64,000 nt of DNA from Pseudomonadota bacterium (GCA_043820105.1 JBDREC010000103.1:15405-79404); one strand, 5' to 3'; shown: positions 1 through 9,754, numbered from the stretch's first letter. Numbers and translations are program-made. The notes: a model not told the origin generated them from the letters alone.

Positions 1-40
1 TAATTGAATCCAAGGATCAGCATGTTTTTTTTCTTGAGTC
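1..40 (-). CDS. 5' end of an unidentified gene running off the window (MTQEKKHADPWIQL...)
   Basis: ATG at 38-40 on minus strand with GGAGG 5 nt upstream; frame open to window edge; only 13 codons visible. Confidence 0.3.
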
Positions 41-184
41 ATTTGACCTCCAAAATAATCATTATGTTTTAATGAATTATAGTAAACCTTTACATAAAGT
101 TTCAAGTTTAAAAGTGAAAATTTATTTTAGATTTGCTATTTTTTAATTATCATAATATTAGCTCATTTCTTTGTTTTGTAGGAA

Positions 185-859
185 ATGGAGTTTTTCATGG
201 AAGCTGTTATAATTGTAAAACGTATTGTCATGTTTATTGTGCCTTTTATTTTATCTTTATCAGTGCATGAATTTGCTCATGCCTGGATGGCAAATAGATT
301 GGGAGATCCAACAGCCAAAAATCTTAAAAGAATGACCTTAGATCCACGATCTCACATTGATTTATTTGGATCAATAATTTTTCCACTTATAAATATAATT
401 TTTCCATCAGCACTTTTTTTTGGTTGGGGAAAGCCAGTTCCTGTTAATCATTTGAATTTTAAAGATGCAAAAAAAGGCATGTTATGGGTATCTCTTGCTG
501 GCCCTGTGTCTAATGTCATTTTGGCAATTATTTGTGCTGTAATTTATCGTATAATAATTAATACCTATCCTATTATTCTAATGGTAAATAGTGGTTTTAC
601 GATTTTACAACCACTTGTAATATTTCTCAATATAATGATTTCAATAAATGTAGCCCTTGCTTTTTTTAACATGATTCCAGTTCCTCCCCTTGATGGAAGC
701 AAGATTTTAGCGGGTGTTTTGCCTGATAAATATACGGATCTTATTTACAGGTATGAACAATTTGGTTTTTTCTTTTTGATGATTCTATTAATTACTGGCT
801 TATATAGAATATTTGCATTTCCAGCGGTGTTATTTATTAAAATATTGACTGGAGTTTGA
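185..859 (+). CDS. Peptidase M50 family membrane zinc metalloprotease (site-2 protease-like)
   Basis: HExxH (HEFAH) in hydrophobic context plus NMIPVPPLDG (N-x-x-P-x-x-x-LDG) motif; multiple predicted TM segments. Confidence 0.7.
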   Translation: MEFFMEAVIIVKRIVMFIVPFILSLSVHEFAHAWMANRLGDPTAKNLKRMTLDPRSHIDLFGSIIFPLINIIFPSALFFGWGKPVPVNHLNFKDAKKGMLWVSLAGPVSNVILAIICAVIYRIIINTYPIILMVNSGFTILQPLVIFLNIMISINVALAFFNMIPVPPLDGSKILAGVLPDKYTDLIYRYEQFGFFFLMILLITGLYRIFAFPAVLFIKILTGV

Positions 860-905
860 TTAATATATATGTAGCTACCAGCTGTAATCTAATCAAAGAA
901 AAGAT

Positions 906-1622
906 ATGACACAGGAATTTAAAGTAAACATAGATATTTTTGAAGGTCCAATGGATCTTTTGTTATATCTTATTAATAAAAATGAAATTGATATTTTTGA
1001 TATTCCTATTGCAAAGATTACAGAAGAGTTCATTCTTTATCTTGATAAAATGAAAGAAATGAATATTGAGATTGCCTCTGAGTTTATTCTCATGGCAGCG
1101 ACTCTCATGTATATTAAGTCGAAAATGCTTCTGCCTATTGAAGGAGAAGATGAAGCAGGTGAAGAACTTGATCCAAGAGCTGATCTAGTTGCTCAGCTGC
1201 TTGAGTATAAGAAGTTTAAAAATGCAGCTCAAGCATTTGAACAATTTAATAGACTTGATAGAGAAATATTTAAAAGACCTGAAGATGTGATTTTGCCGGA
1301 TGAAGTTACTGTTGTTAGTGATCAAGTAGATATTTCCTTATTTGATTTGGTTGACGCCTTTCAAAAAGTCGTAAATAGGGTGAAATTAAAAGATGGTATT
1401 ACTCTTGACCCTGAACGTTTTACAATTCAAGAAGGGATAGATAAAATTTTAAATAAATTAGAAGAGAAAAACCGCATCTATTTTGAAGATGTATTTGAAA
1501 ATGTTTTTGATAAGATAGATCTGATTGTTTTATTTTTAGCACTTTTAGAGATTATTAAAGCAGGGCTTGTTAAAGTGTTTCAGGTGTCTGTAAATGAGCC
1601 AATAATTATAGAGAAGTCATAG
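906..1622 (+). CDS. scpA: Segregation and condensation protein A (kleisin ScpA)
   Basis: N-terminal FEGPMDLLLYLI...IDIFDIPIA signature typical of ScpA; followed directly by scpB. Confidence 0.8.
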   Translation: MTQEFKVNIDIFEGPMDLLLYLINKNEIDIFDIPIAKITEEFILYLDKMKEMNIEIASEFILMAATLMYIKSKMLLPIEGEDEAGEELDPRADLVAQLLEYKKFKNAAQAFEQFNRLDREIFKRPEDVILPDEVTVVSDQVDISLFDLVDAFQKVVNRVKLKDGITLDPERFTIQEGIDKILNKLEEKNRIYFEDVFENVFDKIDLIVLFLALLEIIKAGLVKVFQVSVNEPIIIEKS

Positions 1623-1658
1623 CTTAGCTTGTGGCTTGTAGCTTGTAGGGAAGAATAA

Positions 1659-2357
1659 ATGGAAAAAGAAAAAATTAAATCAATAATAGAATCAATACTT
1701 TTTGTTTCATCTGAACCTGTTTCTAATTCAAAACTTAGAGAGATTATTGGTAAAGACTATGGTGAAATAATTAAGGAAGCTATTGAAGAATTGGAAGAGG
1801 ATTTTGATAAGGAATATCATGGCATAGCATTGGAGAATGTCGCGAATGGTTGGCAGTTTAGAACAAAAGAAGAAAATGCACAGTTTATAATAAATTTCAA
1901 GAAGATCAAACCACAAAGAATTTCTAAGGCTTCAATGGATACTCTGGCAATTATAGCTTATCAACAACCGATAACAAAAGCAGAGGTTGAAAAATTAAGA
2001 GGAGTTGATTCTTCTGGTGTTATAAAAATGCTGCTTGCCAGGAAATTAATTAGGATTATTGGGAAGAAAGAGGAAGCTGGTCGACCAATGATTTATGGAA
2101 CCTCTAGTTTTTTTCTTGAGTCGCTTGGTTTAAAGAATTTGAAAGATTTGCCTCCACTATCAGAGTTTGAAGAGGCTCAGGCAGTTTTGGATGAGGATGA
2201 AGATTTAGAAGAGGGAGAAGTAGAAGTAGAGGTAGAGGAAGAAATAGAGAACAATGATAATGATGTCGTGCACGAACACGAGCACGTTCACGAGCACGTT
2301 CACGAGCACGAGCACGAGCACGAGAAAGATGAGGGGGAGGAGATTGATGAAGATTAA
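1659..2357 (+). CDS. scpB: Segregation and condensation protein B with unusual acidic His/Glu-repeat C-terminal tail
   Basis: IESILFVSSEPVS...ITKAEVEKLRGV winged-helix ScpB pattern; C-terminus HEHEHVHEHVHEHEHEHE encoded by cacgag repeats. Confidence 0.8.
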   Translation: MEKEKIKSIIESILFVSSEPVSNSKLREIIGKDYGEIIKEAIEELEEDFDKEYHGIALENVANGWQFRTKEENAQFIINFKKIKPQRISKASMDTLAIIAYQQPITKAEVEKLRGVDSSGVIKMLLARKLIRIIGKKEEAGRPMIYGTSSFFLESLGLKNLKDLPPLSEFEEAQAVLDEDEDLEEGEVEVEVEEEIENNDNDVVHEHEHVHEHVHEHEHEHEKDEGEEIDED

Positions 2358-3069
2358 GATAGCGAAATATTTGGCTGATTGTGGGATAGCTTCTAGAAGG
2401 AAATCTGAAGAATATATTTTACAAGGGCTTGTTAAGGTTAATGGCAAGGTTTGTAAAAACGTGGCTGAAAGAGTTGATCCTTCAGAGGATAGTATTAAAT
2501 ATAGAAATAGGATGCTTACTAGTACAGCTCCAAAATTATATTATTTAATAAATAAACCTAGAAATGTTATTTCAACTTGTGCAGATGAACATGGGAGAAA
2601 GACTGTTCTTGAGCTATTGCCAAAGCTAAAATCAACTGTTCGGCTTTTTCCAGTTGGTAGGCTGGATTACGATTCAAATGGTCTTATGCTTTTAACTAAT
2701 GATGGAGAGCTTGCAAATAAATTAATGCACCCAACTTATAAGTTTGATAAGGTCTATGAAGTAAAGTTATTTAAAAAGGATACTCCTGATAAAATTAAAG
2801 AAAAATTAGAAAAAGGAGTGAAGTTAGATGATGGCTTTGCAAAAGCCGAGGCAGTCAAAATAGCTAAAGTTACTCCCCAGTACATTTGGCTTAAGATTAC
2901 TTTAAAAGAAGGCAGAAATCATATTATCAAAAGACTTTGCGATGCCTTTGGATACAAATCCTTACGAATCAAGAGAGTTAGTATGGGGCCTTTGTCTGTT
3001 AAAGGAATTACCTCTGGTGGTTATAGAACTTTGTTTAAGAAAGAGAAAGAAGTTTTGGGGATTCTTTAG
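2347..3069 (+). CDS. RsuA/RluB-family pseudouridine synthase with S4 RNA-binding domain
   Basis: S4-like N-terminus (KIAKYLADCGIASRRKSEEYILQGLVKVNG) and catalytic-core-like FPVGRLDYDSNGLMLLTNDGELANKL; start set at ATG 2347 rather than the ORF-track 2254 which would overlap scpB. Confidence 0.75.
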   Translation: MKIKIAKYLADCGIASRRKSEEYILQGLVKVNGKVCKNVAERVDPSEDSIKYRNRMLTSTAPKLYYLINKPRNVISTCADEHGRKTVLELLPKLKSTVRLFPVGRLDYDSNGLMLLTNDGELANKLMHPTYKFDKVYEVKLFKKDTPDKIKEKLEKGVKLDDGFAKAEAVKIAKVTPQYIWLKITLKEGRNHIIKRLCDAFGYKSLRIKRVSMGPLSVKGITSGGYRTLFKKEKEVLGIL

Positions 3070-3212
3070 TTGCTGGTGATGAAAATGTTATATTGGTAAG
3101 CTCGCAATTTTTTAATATCAATTAATAATCTAATAAAAATTTTTATGTATTCTCTTAACTCTTAATCTTTAATCTTTAATTTTAAATTTTGAATTTTGAA
3201 TTTTGAATTAAT

Positions 3213-4205
3213 TCATATCTTCCTTCCCAATCCTAATTTATTCTCAACCTTTTTTAGCTTCTTATAAGAAATATTATTTGCTTTTTCTGCTCCAGCATCA
3301 AGAATTTCGGCAAGTTTATCTGAGTTTCTTATTTCATTAAATCTGTCCTGGATTGGTTTAATCTTTTCAACTACAATATTTGCTAGATCTTGTTTAAAGG
3401 TTCCATAATTTGAACCTTCATACTTTTTTTCAATTTCTTCAAATTTTAACTCAGTAAAAACTGAATAAATGGACATAAGATTTGCAATGCCTGGTTTTTT
3501 ATCTTTATCAAATTTCACTTCAGTTCCTGAATCAGTTACTGCTGATTTTACCTTTTTCTCAATTCTTTTTAAGTCATCAAGCAAAAGAATATAACCTTTG
3601 TCAGAATCATCAGATTTGCTCATTTTTTTTGTGGGATCTTGCAAGTCAGCAATTCTTGCTCCAACATTAGGAATGAAGGTTTCAGGTAAAGTAAAGATGT
3701 CACCATATTTGTTATTGAAACGTTGTACAAGCTCTCTGGTAAGCTCAACATGTTGTTTTTGATCATCTCCAACAGGAACAAGGTCAGCATCATATAAAAT
3801 AATGTCAGCTGCCATTAGGGAAGGGTAGGTAAATAGGCCAGCTGACAAGGCTTTTTCAGATCCATTTCTTGTTTTATCCTTAAATTGGGTCATTCTATTT
3901 AATTCACCCATATAAGTATGACATTCCATGATCCAGCCAAGTTGGGCGTGTGCTGGAACTTCTGATTGGATAAAGATTGTAGACTTCTCAGGATCAATTC
4001 CGCAGGCAATGTATAAGGCAGCTATATCCAGAATCCTTTTTCTAAGTTCAAGTTTTTCCTGTGGAACTGTGATTGCATGCTGATCAACAATGCAGAAAAA
4101 ACATTCATGCTGGTCTTGAAGTTTTACAAAGTTTCTAATTGCGCCAATATAGTTTCCTAGTGTTAAATCGCCAGAGGGCTTAATGCCAGAAAGAATTCGA
4201 GCCAT
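3213..4205 (-). CDS. trpS: Tryptophanyl-tRNA synthetase
   Basis: Class I aaRS N-terminal motif region (GIKPSGDLTLGNYIGA) and KMSKS motif; length 330 aa. Confidence 0.85.
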   Translation of the reverse strand: MARILSGIKPSGDLTLGNYIGAIRNFVKLQDQHECFFCIVDQHAITVPQEKLELRKRILDIAALYIACGIDPEKSTIFIQSEVPAHAQLGWIMECHTYMGELNRMTQFKDKTRNGSEKALSAGLFTYPSLMAADIILYDADLVPVGDDQKQHVELTRELVQRFNNKYGDIFTLPETFIPNVGARIADLQDPTKKMSKSDDSDKGYILLLDDLKRIEKKVKSAVTDSGTEVKFDKDKKPGIANLMSIYSVFTELKFEEIEKKYEGSNYGTFKQDLANIVVEKIKPIQDRFNEIRNSDKLAEILDAGAEKANNISYKKLKKVENKLGLGRKI

Positions 4206-4272
4206 TTTTACTTACCTATTTCATTTACATCCTTTGATGATTATTCATGATTAGATAGAATGCAAGAGAAAA

Positions 4273-4896
4273 TTAGTTTTTAGTCAATCTTTGCGCTACT
4301 TCAAAAATATTGCTATCTGCAATTGCTTTAAGCTTTTTTTTAATAATTCTTGAGTAGTATTCTGCTTCTGTTTTATTCAAATATTCATTATTTAGTTTTT
4401 TTAGAATGATTTGTTTTTGTTTTTTTGAAAATAAAATTGATAGATTGTGTTGAAAAGCAAGCTCATTTTTAGCAAGCTCTTTTTGTAATATTAGCTCTTG
4501 TTTGTTTCTTTTATATAGCTTGAAAAGGTCATAATATTTATCTTTTTCTTGAGAAGATAATGGTTGATTTGTTTTATCTGGGCCAAGGTGTGACTCAATT
4601 AAATTGCTTAGAGGTGTTTTTATTTGTAATTCTGTCCAAATTGAACATAATTTATTGAGAAAAATATTAGAAAAATTTTTAACATTAAAATATTCTGCAC
4701 TTTTCGGATTTGTATTAAGGTTTAATATATAAAAAGGTAATATATCTTTGAGTCTTTCATTGTCAGAAGCTAATATAAAATGAATAATATCTTGATCGAG
4801 TTTTTCAATGTTTGTTTGTATTAAATCAATTCCTTTTGTTCCCAGGTAAGAGGAAATTAATTTATCTAGTGCCAGGTTTTTATTAATTTTTGACAT
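4273..4896 (-). CDS. Hypothetical protein, downstream partner of nucleotidyltransferase-like gene
   Basis: ORF overlapping the upstream gene by 31 nt, suggesting co-translation; no recognisable motif. Confidence 0.4.
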   Translation of the reverse strand: MSKINKNLALDKLISSYLGTKGIDLIQTNIEKLDQDIIHFILASDNERLKDILPFYILNLNTNPKSAEYFNVKNFSNIFLNKLCSIWTELQIKTPLSNLIESHLGPDKTNQPLSSQEKDKYYDLFKLYKRNKQELILQKELAKNELAFQHNLSILFSKKQKQIILKKLNNEYLNKTEAEYYSRIIKKKLKAIADSNIFEVAQRLTKN

Positions 4897-5474
4897 TGCT
4901 TATTTGTCTCTTTATCAGTTTTTATTAATCTTAAAAAATATTCTATATTACTTTTCGCAAGATCTAATGAGTGCATAGAAATTTTAAAGGTTTCCATGTA
5001 CTGATTTATTAATTCTAAAGCATTAATATGAAAATGCTCAAAACATATAATTGAATCATCAATATCTCTTTTAGCGGAGCGAAACAGCTTTGTAATTATC
5101 AAGTCCAATGGATTAAGACATAATAATGCTAATTTTCTGGTTTTTAAAATTTGTATTGAGTTTTTATTTGAGTCCTGGGTTAATTGGGTTGAGAAAATAT
5201 ATCCAGCTTTAAATAAATAAAATCTATATTGATAAACAGGGGATGTATCCCATGAAAACGATGATGTTTTGCTAAAGCCCAGGTCATTAAAAGTGTTTGT
5301 AATTATTTCATAATCTTTATTAAAAGGAATATCAAAATCAATATCAATTGTTGAATCTTTCAAATCAAGCAGTGTCAAAGCAGTTCCTCCAACTGCTACC
5401 ATGGTGACTTTTTGTTTAAAGTACTTTGAAACTTCCTTTAAAAGGGAAATAAGATCAGATTTGTATATATTCAT
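4866..5474 (-). CDS. Putative nucleotidyltransferase-fold protein (AbiEii/MNT-like)
   Basis: VAVGGTALTLL ... STIDIDFDI resembles the GG-x-A ... D-x-D nucleotidyltransferase motif; assignment by motif only. Confidence 0.35.
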   Translation of the reverse strand: MNIYKSDLISLLKEVSKYFKQKVTMVAVGGTALTLLDLKDSTIDIDFDIPFNKDYEIITNTFNDLGFSKTSSFSWDTSPVYQYRFYLFKAGYIFSTQLTQDSNKNSIQILKTRKLALLCLNPLDLIITKLFRSAKRDIDDSIICFEHFHINALELINQYMETFKISMHSLDLAKSNIEYFLRLIKTDKETNKQCQKLIKTWH

Positions 5475-5647
5475 ACAAATTATTGTATAAAATTAAACAA
5501 ATAATGTCAGGCGAGAATTGTTTCTATGTTTTAGCTTGTAGCTGGTAGCTTGTAGGGGGGAAAAGAATTATCCTAGCCGTGATTATGTGTTTGTTACTAA
5601 ATTTCTAGATCATTGAGAATTGAAAATTGCTTGTTGATTATTGATTA

Positions 5648-7018
5648 TTACTCTTCAGTAGATTCGGCTGTATCTTCTTCAGCGTTATATGTTAAACTTT
5701 CAACAGTGGGTCTTGGTAAGAGATTTTGATATTTTCCATATGTGTGGATTGCACAATCTCTACCATCACCAGTACCAAAAAAGCCTATTCCTACCATAAC
5801 ACATTCATTGTCATCGCAGTTATCAAGGTCTGACAAGGAAAAAGTAACATCTGCAGAACCTGCATCTGTGCCAGCTTCTTTCGTCTTATCAGCTTCTGAT
5901 TTTTCTGTTTCTAACCAACCGTAAGATGTGGAACCAAGTGAATTCCATTCATCTTTAATTTTTCTTGTATAAAAAGTGCCTTCTAAATTGCAATCTTCAC
6001 CTGATAAGCCAAGACCTGTTAATACGGCACTTGGACTATCACTAACGTCGATCATTGTATCCGGTTCATCTCCAATGCAACCTTCCCAGACCTTTCCATC
6101 ACCAGTAAAGCCAACTTCAGCTGTGAGAGTTTCTCCTAATTCTCCACTGGGATATAATATTTTATAAAGTACTTTTACACATTGAACATCATCACAATTA
6201 TCACAACCAGCATCGCTAGTGGCTGCTATTTCTAGGCCTGTTATAAGCTTATCGTCATTTTCTGTTGCATCAATATACATTTCAGATTCCAGAAATGTTC
6301 CTAATCCATCATAAAAAGTATCACCACTAAATTCACCTTGTACTTCAATAATCATATCTTCAAGATCTAAAGTAATATCTTCTGTTAAATTAGTTTCACA
6401 TTCAAAGAACATTGTTTCATAATATTCTTCACCATCTATTGCATTTGCTTCGTATAGCCTGTAAGTTATTGTTCCACAGCATTCGCTTTCAGATAAAGCA
6501 TCTGGGCAATCTTCGCAGGCATCACCAAGGCCATCAATATCAGCGTCTGCCTGGTCTTCATTTGGAATATATCTACAGTTATCAATTGAGTTTTCTATAT
6601 TATCCAAATCATCATCATCTTCTTCACATACATCACCGACTCCGTTTTCATCTTCATCAAGTTGATCTTCATTAGCTGTGTTTGGGCAATTATCATCAAC
6701 ATCATTAATAGTATCACCATCTGTGTCGATGTTATCCATAGCTTCTTCACAAGTAGTAGCACATGCCAGATAGTCTTCTTTGTCTAGAATTGGATCATAT
6801 TCAGTTGAGCATTCAATTACACATTGAGTATAGACTTCATCAGGCGGATCAGTATCACCATCGCCATCACCATCACCATCACCACCATCACCGTCCCCAT
6901 CACCATCGCCGCCTGGCACTTGATCGCGTGCTGTTGATTTTGCACAACTTGTAAAAGATGAAGCCACTAATGAGAAAGCCAAAAGTAGCAAAAATAGAAT
7001 AAATAATTTCTTTAGCAT
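5648..7018 (-). CDS. Secreted lipoprotein with GD-repeat linker and thrombospondin type 3-like calcium-binding repeats
   Basis: Signal peptide with lipobox-like SSFTSC; (GD)n tract; DTDGDTINDVDDNCPNTANEDQLDEDENGVGDVCE and DNCRYIPNEDQADADIDGLGDACEDC match the TSP3 pattern; start at MLKKLF with GGAGG 8 nt upstream. Confidence 0.6.
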   Translation of the reverse strand: MLKKLFILFLLLLAFSLVASSFTSCAKSTARDQVPGGDGDGDGDGGDGDGDGDGDTDPPDEVYTQCVIECSTEYDPILDKEDYLACATTCEEAMDNIDTDGDTINDVDDNCPNTANEDQLDEDENGVGDVCEEDDDDLDNIENSIDNCRYIPNEDQADADIDGLGDACEDCPDALSESECCGTITYRLYEANAIDGEEYYETMFFECETNLTEDITLDLEDMIIEVQGEFSGDTFYDGLGTFLESEMYIDATENDDKLITGLEIAATSDAGCDNCDDVQCVKVLYKILYPSGELGETLTAEVGFTGDGKVWEGCIGDEPDTMIDVSDSPSAVLTGLGLSGEDCNLEGTFYTRKIKDEWNSLGSTSYGWLETEKSEADKTKEAGTDAGSADVTFSLSDLDNCDDNECVMVGIGFFGTGDGRDCAIHTYGKYQNLLPRPTVESLTYNAEEDTAESTEE

Positions 7019-7081
7019 GATCATATCCTCCAATTTCTAAGTAAATGTGCAAAAAACTTAAATTTAGTTTCTTGCGTCTAT

Positions 7082-7115
7082 CTAAGATAATACACTATTT
7101 TTACAATTATCTTAG
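7082..7115. promoter_or_regulatory. Perfect 10-bp inverted repeat (CTAAGATAAT-N14-ATTATCTTAG), candidate operator upstream of the TSP3-lipoprotein gene
   Basis: Read directly from sequence; sits 64-97 nt upstream of the minus-strand start at 7018. Confidence 0.3.
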
Positions 7116-7580
7116 TTTGAGCCTTTGTTTTATAGTGTATAGGTGCAAATATGATGCCGAATATTAGGCTGGGGAAAAATAACAATAAAATCAATGGGAT
7201 GTGTTTTGTTGCCAACTCTTTTTTATGTTAAATGCGGTAGTATATCTAACGTTTTTTTACATTTTAGTATCCACAAATTAAATCCAAATAATAATCCAAA
7301 ATCCAAAATTCAAAATCCAAAATTAATCCTCACTTGTAGATCCTTCTTCATAGTCTGGATTATCTGTAGCTGATTGAACTTCAACATCTTGTATAACTTA
7401 AAAATCATGATATTCATAGAACATGTTAAATAATATAAAGCAAAGGATGTGCCATAAATAAAGTTTTAATATTAGTATTTAATTATCAGATAGTTACAGA
7501 TCCTGGCCTGGAAATTATAATTCCAAAGAAGGGATTGATTCTTTATTAATTTTGAATGGTGACTGATGACAGGTGACCAA

Positions 7581-8774
7581 TTAACCCCTTGTTCCCTTGT
7601 TCCCTTGGGCTCTTGTTCTCTTAACCAAAACCTTAGCCCAAATCTGCCTTCTCCTCCCCCATAAAATCATAGGACAGATCAATAGTATCATCATCATCAG
7701 ATCAATTGTATCAGGATTAGAATTTATATATGCACAACCAGAACCATCACTAACACTCCAGCCTGAACCTGATGAAGATCCATAGTAATTTCCACCACCT
7801 GAATCAAAAACTTTAAAAGCTTTTTCTAATTTATCTTCAATACCTGCAGAGTTTGCAACTATTACATGATATTCTCCTTCTTTTGCACCTCTTAAATCAG
7901 CTTCACCGCTCATTGTCTGGCCATCTGAGTCAATTCTTATATTTCTTACAACTATTGCATCATCTTCTGAACCATCTTTAATAAGTCTAATTGATGATGT
8001 TTCCTTGAATTTAGACCCAGTTATTGAAGAAAGGGAAATTGTACCTGTGTTTGTTCCTGAAGATGGAGATATTCCTTCAAGAATTGGTTCAATTGGATCA
8101 ATTGATGGATAAAGATGCAGAATTCCGTTCATGTCATCATCTTCTAAAGACCTTGCATTTGTTGCACCAGGACTCGCTGCATAATACATTGTAGCAGCCC
8201 TTTCAAGTGAAGAGGCATCAGGAGACTCTGAATTATGATCAAGACCATAAAAATGGCCCGCTTCATGTGTAATAATATTTTGAATATCTATTTTTGAAGT
8301 ATAAGAATCAGAATCTGAATCAACTACTGACCAATCAAAGTATTCACAATTAATGTGGATGTCTGAATCTAATATTTCATCATTTTTAAAACTTGAAACT
8401 GTTACAGCTAATGCGTGTTCACTAGGGTGAAAATCAAGGTTTTGCCAGCCATCGCTAACTGCTTCAATTACATTGTGTCCATCATTATCAGAGTTTGATC
8501 TATCTGTTAATCCAAGGTAATAAGCTTGCACATCAGTGCCTGGAACTTGTGCCCATGTATTCATTGAATTTTTTAAAGCATTTATTGAATCAGTCTTATT
8601 TACATTTGTTCCAGAGCATTTTGAAAAAACATTTTCATTTATTTCGTAAGTTACTTCATTTTCTTGCCATTTTAGTTCTTTTCCATCATTTAAAATTACT
8701 GTGAAAGCTATAGAATGTGTTAGAAGGGCTAGGTTAAGGCCAGCAACGATTATGAAAAAGAAATATTTCTTCAT
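7581..8774 (-). CDS. Secreted metzincin-type zinc metalloprotease with C-terminal sorting-signal-like tail
   Basis: N-terminal signal peptide; HEAGHFYGLDH = HExxHxxGxxH metzincin zinc-binding motif; C-terminus Gly/Ser-rich then GC, hydrophobic stretch, RRR. Confidence 0.7.
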   Translation of the reverse strand: MKKYFFFIIVAGLNLALLTHSIAFTVILNDGKELKWQENEVTYEINENVFSKCSGTNVNKTDSINALKNSMNTWAQVPGTDVQAYYLGLTDRSNSDNDGHNVIEAVSDGWQNLDFHPSEHALAVTVSSFKNDEILDSDIHINCEYFDWSVVDSDSDSYTSKIDIQNIITHEAGHFYGLDHNSESPDASSLERAATMYYAASPGATNARSLEDDDMNGILHLYPSIDPIEPILEGISPSSGTNTGTISLSSITGSKFKETSSIRLIKDGSEDDAIVVRNIRIDSDGQTMSGEADLRGAKEGEYHVIVANSAGIEDKLEKAFKVFDSGGGNYYGSSSGSGWSVSDGSGCAYINSNPDTIDLMMMILLICPMILWGRRRQIWAKVLVKRTRAQGNKGTRG

Positions 8775-8912
8775 AGGAAAAACCTATCCTTTTGTTTCTT
8801 GTTCTTACAAAAATTGAAGAAAAATATAACTTTTTCAAAGCCCAAATTCTTTTTAGTAAATCTCAAAATTTTAAAACTCCTAAACTAATAGAAGTTTTTA
8901 AATTATAAGACT

Positions 8913-9503
8913 TTACATTGTAAGGTCTTTTAAAAATTCATCTAAATAAAATTTATTTTTAATTTCACTAGGATCAACTTTCATAAGCTTTCCAGTAAAG
9001 CGATCTTTTTTTAGTAAACTAACTTCAGTACTTGAATTTACTATTATTTCTCTTCCAGAAATTGCATCTTCAATTACTGTGAATTTTCCAAGTGAATATG
9101 CTAAAACTTCAGAGAAGTTAATATTTCTAAAAGCTTCAATATTTACATCTTTGACTGAATCTCTTAAAAATAATAAAACATTCTCACCATCTTTAAATGC
9201 AGGCGCTCCAAAAACCTTTACACCTTCACCATTTATTTTACCACCTGGATTTAATATTTCTATATATGAATTAGTTGGTTCATTTTTATAACTTTCTGTA
9301 ACTTCAACTGTTACTTTTGTATAAACCATGTTTGAGCCTTCTAATTTCTGAGCTTCCTGGGATATTACAGTGCCTTTTACAAGGTATTTTGAGTTTTCAT
9401 ATAGATCGTATTTATCCATATATAAAAGTGTTGTTGAAATGCATGGAAAAGTTGCCATCAAAAAAGCTATCAGAATTATTATTTTAGAAGTTTTTAAACT
9501 CAT
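8913..9503 (-). CDS. Hypothetical secreted protein (putative lipoprotein) upstream of the metzincin
   Basis: N-terminal hydrophobic signal with Cys (FPCIS); no catalytic motifs recognised. Confidence 0.4.
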   Translation of the reverse strand: MSLKTSKIIILIAFLMATFPCISTTLLYMDKYDLYENSKYLVKGTVISQEAQKLEGSNMVYTKVTVEVTESYKNEPTNSYIEILNPGGKINGEGVKVFGAPAFKDGENVLLFLRDSVKDVNIEAFRNINFSEVLAYSLGKFTVIEDAISGREIIVNSSTEVSLLKKDRFTGKLMKVDPSEIKNKFYLDEFLKDLTM

Positions 9504-9754
9504 ATCTCCAACTCTACATAATTAACCTTAGCGATTGACTCTTTTAAGTCCGTATAATAATATTTTAGCAAATTTAGTGATAATAGGCAATAGGCAGAGA
9601 TCACAAAAATTAAATTTTTTCATATAATTAGAGCACGTTTTTGTTATGGCCCAAATAATGCAGTAATATCGGCCAGATATGCTGCTTGTGAAAAAATGAC
9701 ATAAAGCAAAAAAAAATAATTTTTTTCGTTTTTTTTTAATACGGAGGTTTTTTT

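Noticed and set aside
2254-2346. Extended N-terminus of the pseudouridine synthase ORF as given in the ORF track
   Set aside because: The extension translates the scpB His/Glu repeat in another frame (MIMMSCTNTSTFTSTF...); the S4 domain begins at the ATG at 2347.
1728-3670. Short ORFs 1728-1916, 2205-2447 and 3482-3670
   Set aside because: Each lies antisense within scpB, rluB or trpS; no RBS and no recognisable motif.
6412-6954. His-rich ORFs (HHHHHHHHH runs) at 6412-6675 and 6763-6954 on the plus strand
   Set aside because: They are antisense to the TSP3/GD-repeat lipoprotein gene and arise from the GD-coding repeat read on the opposite strand; no RBS or independent support.
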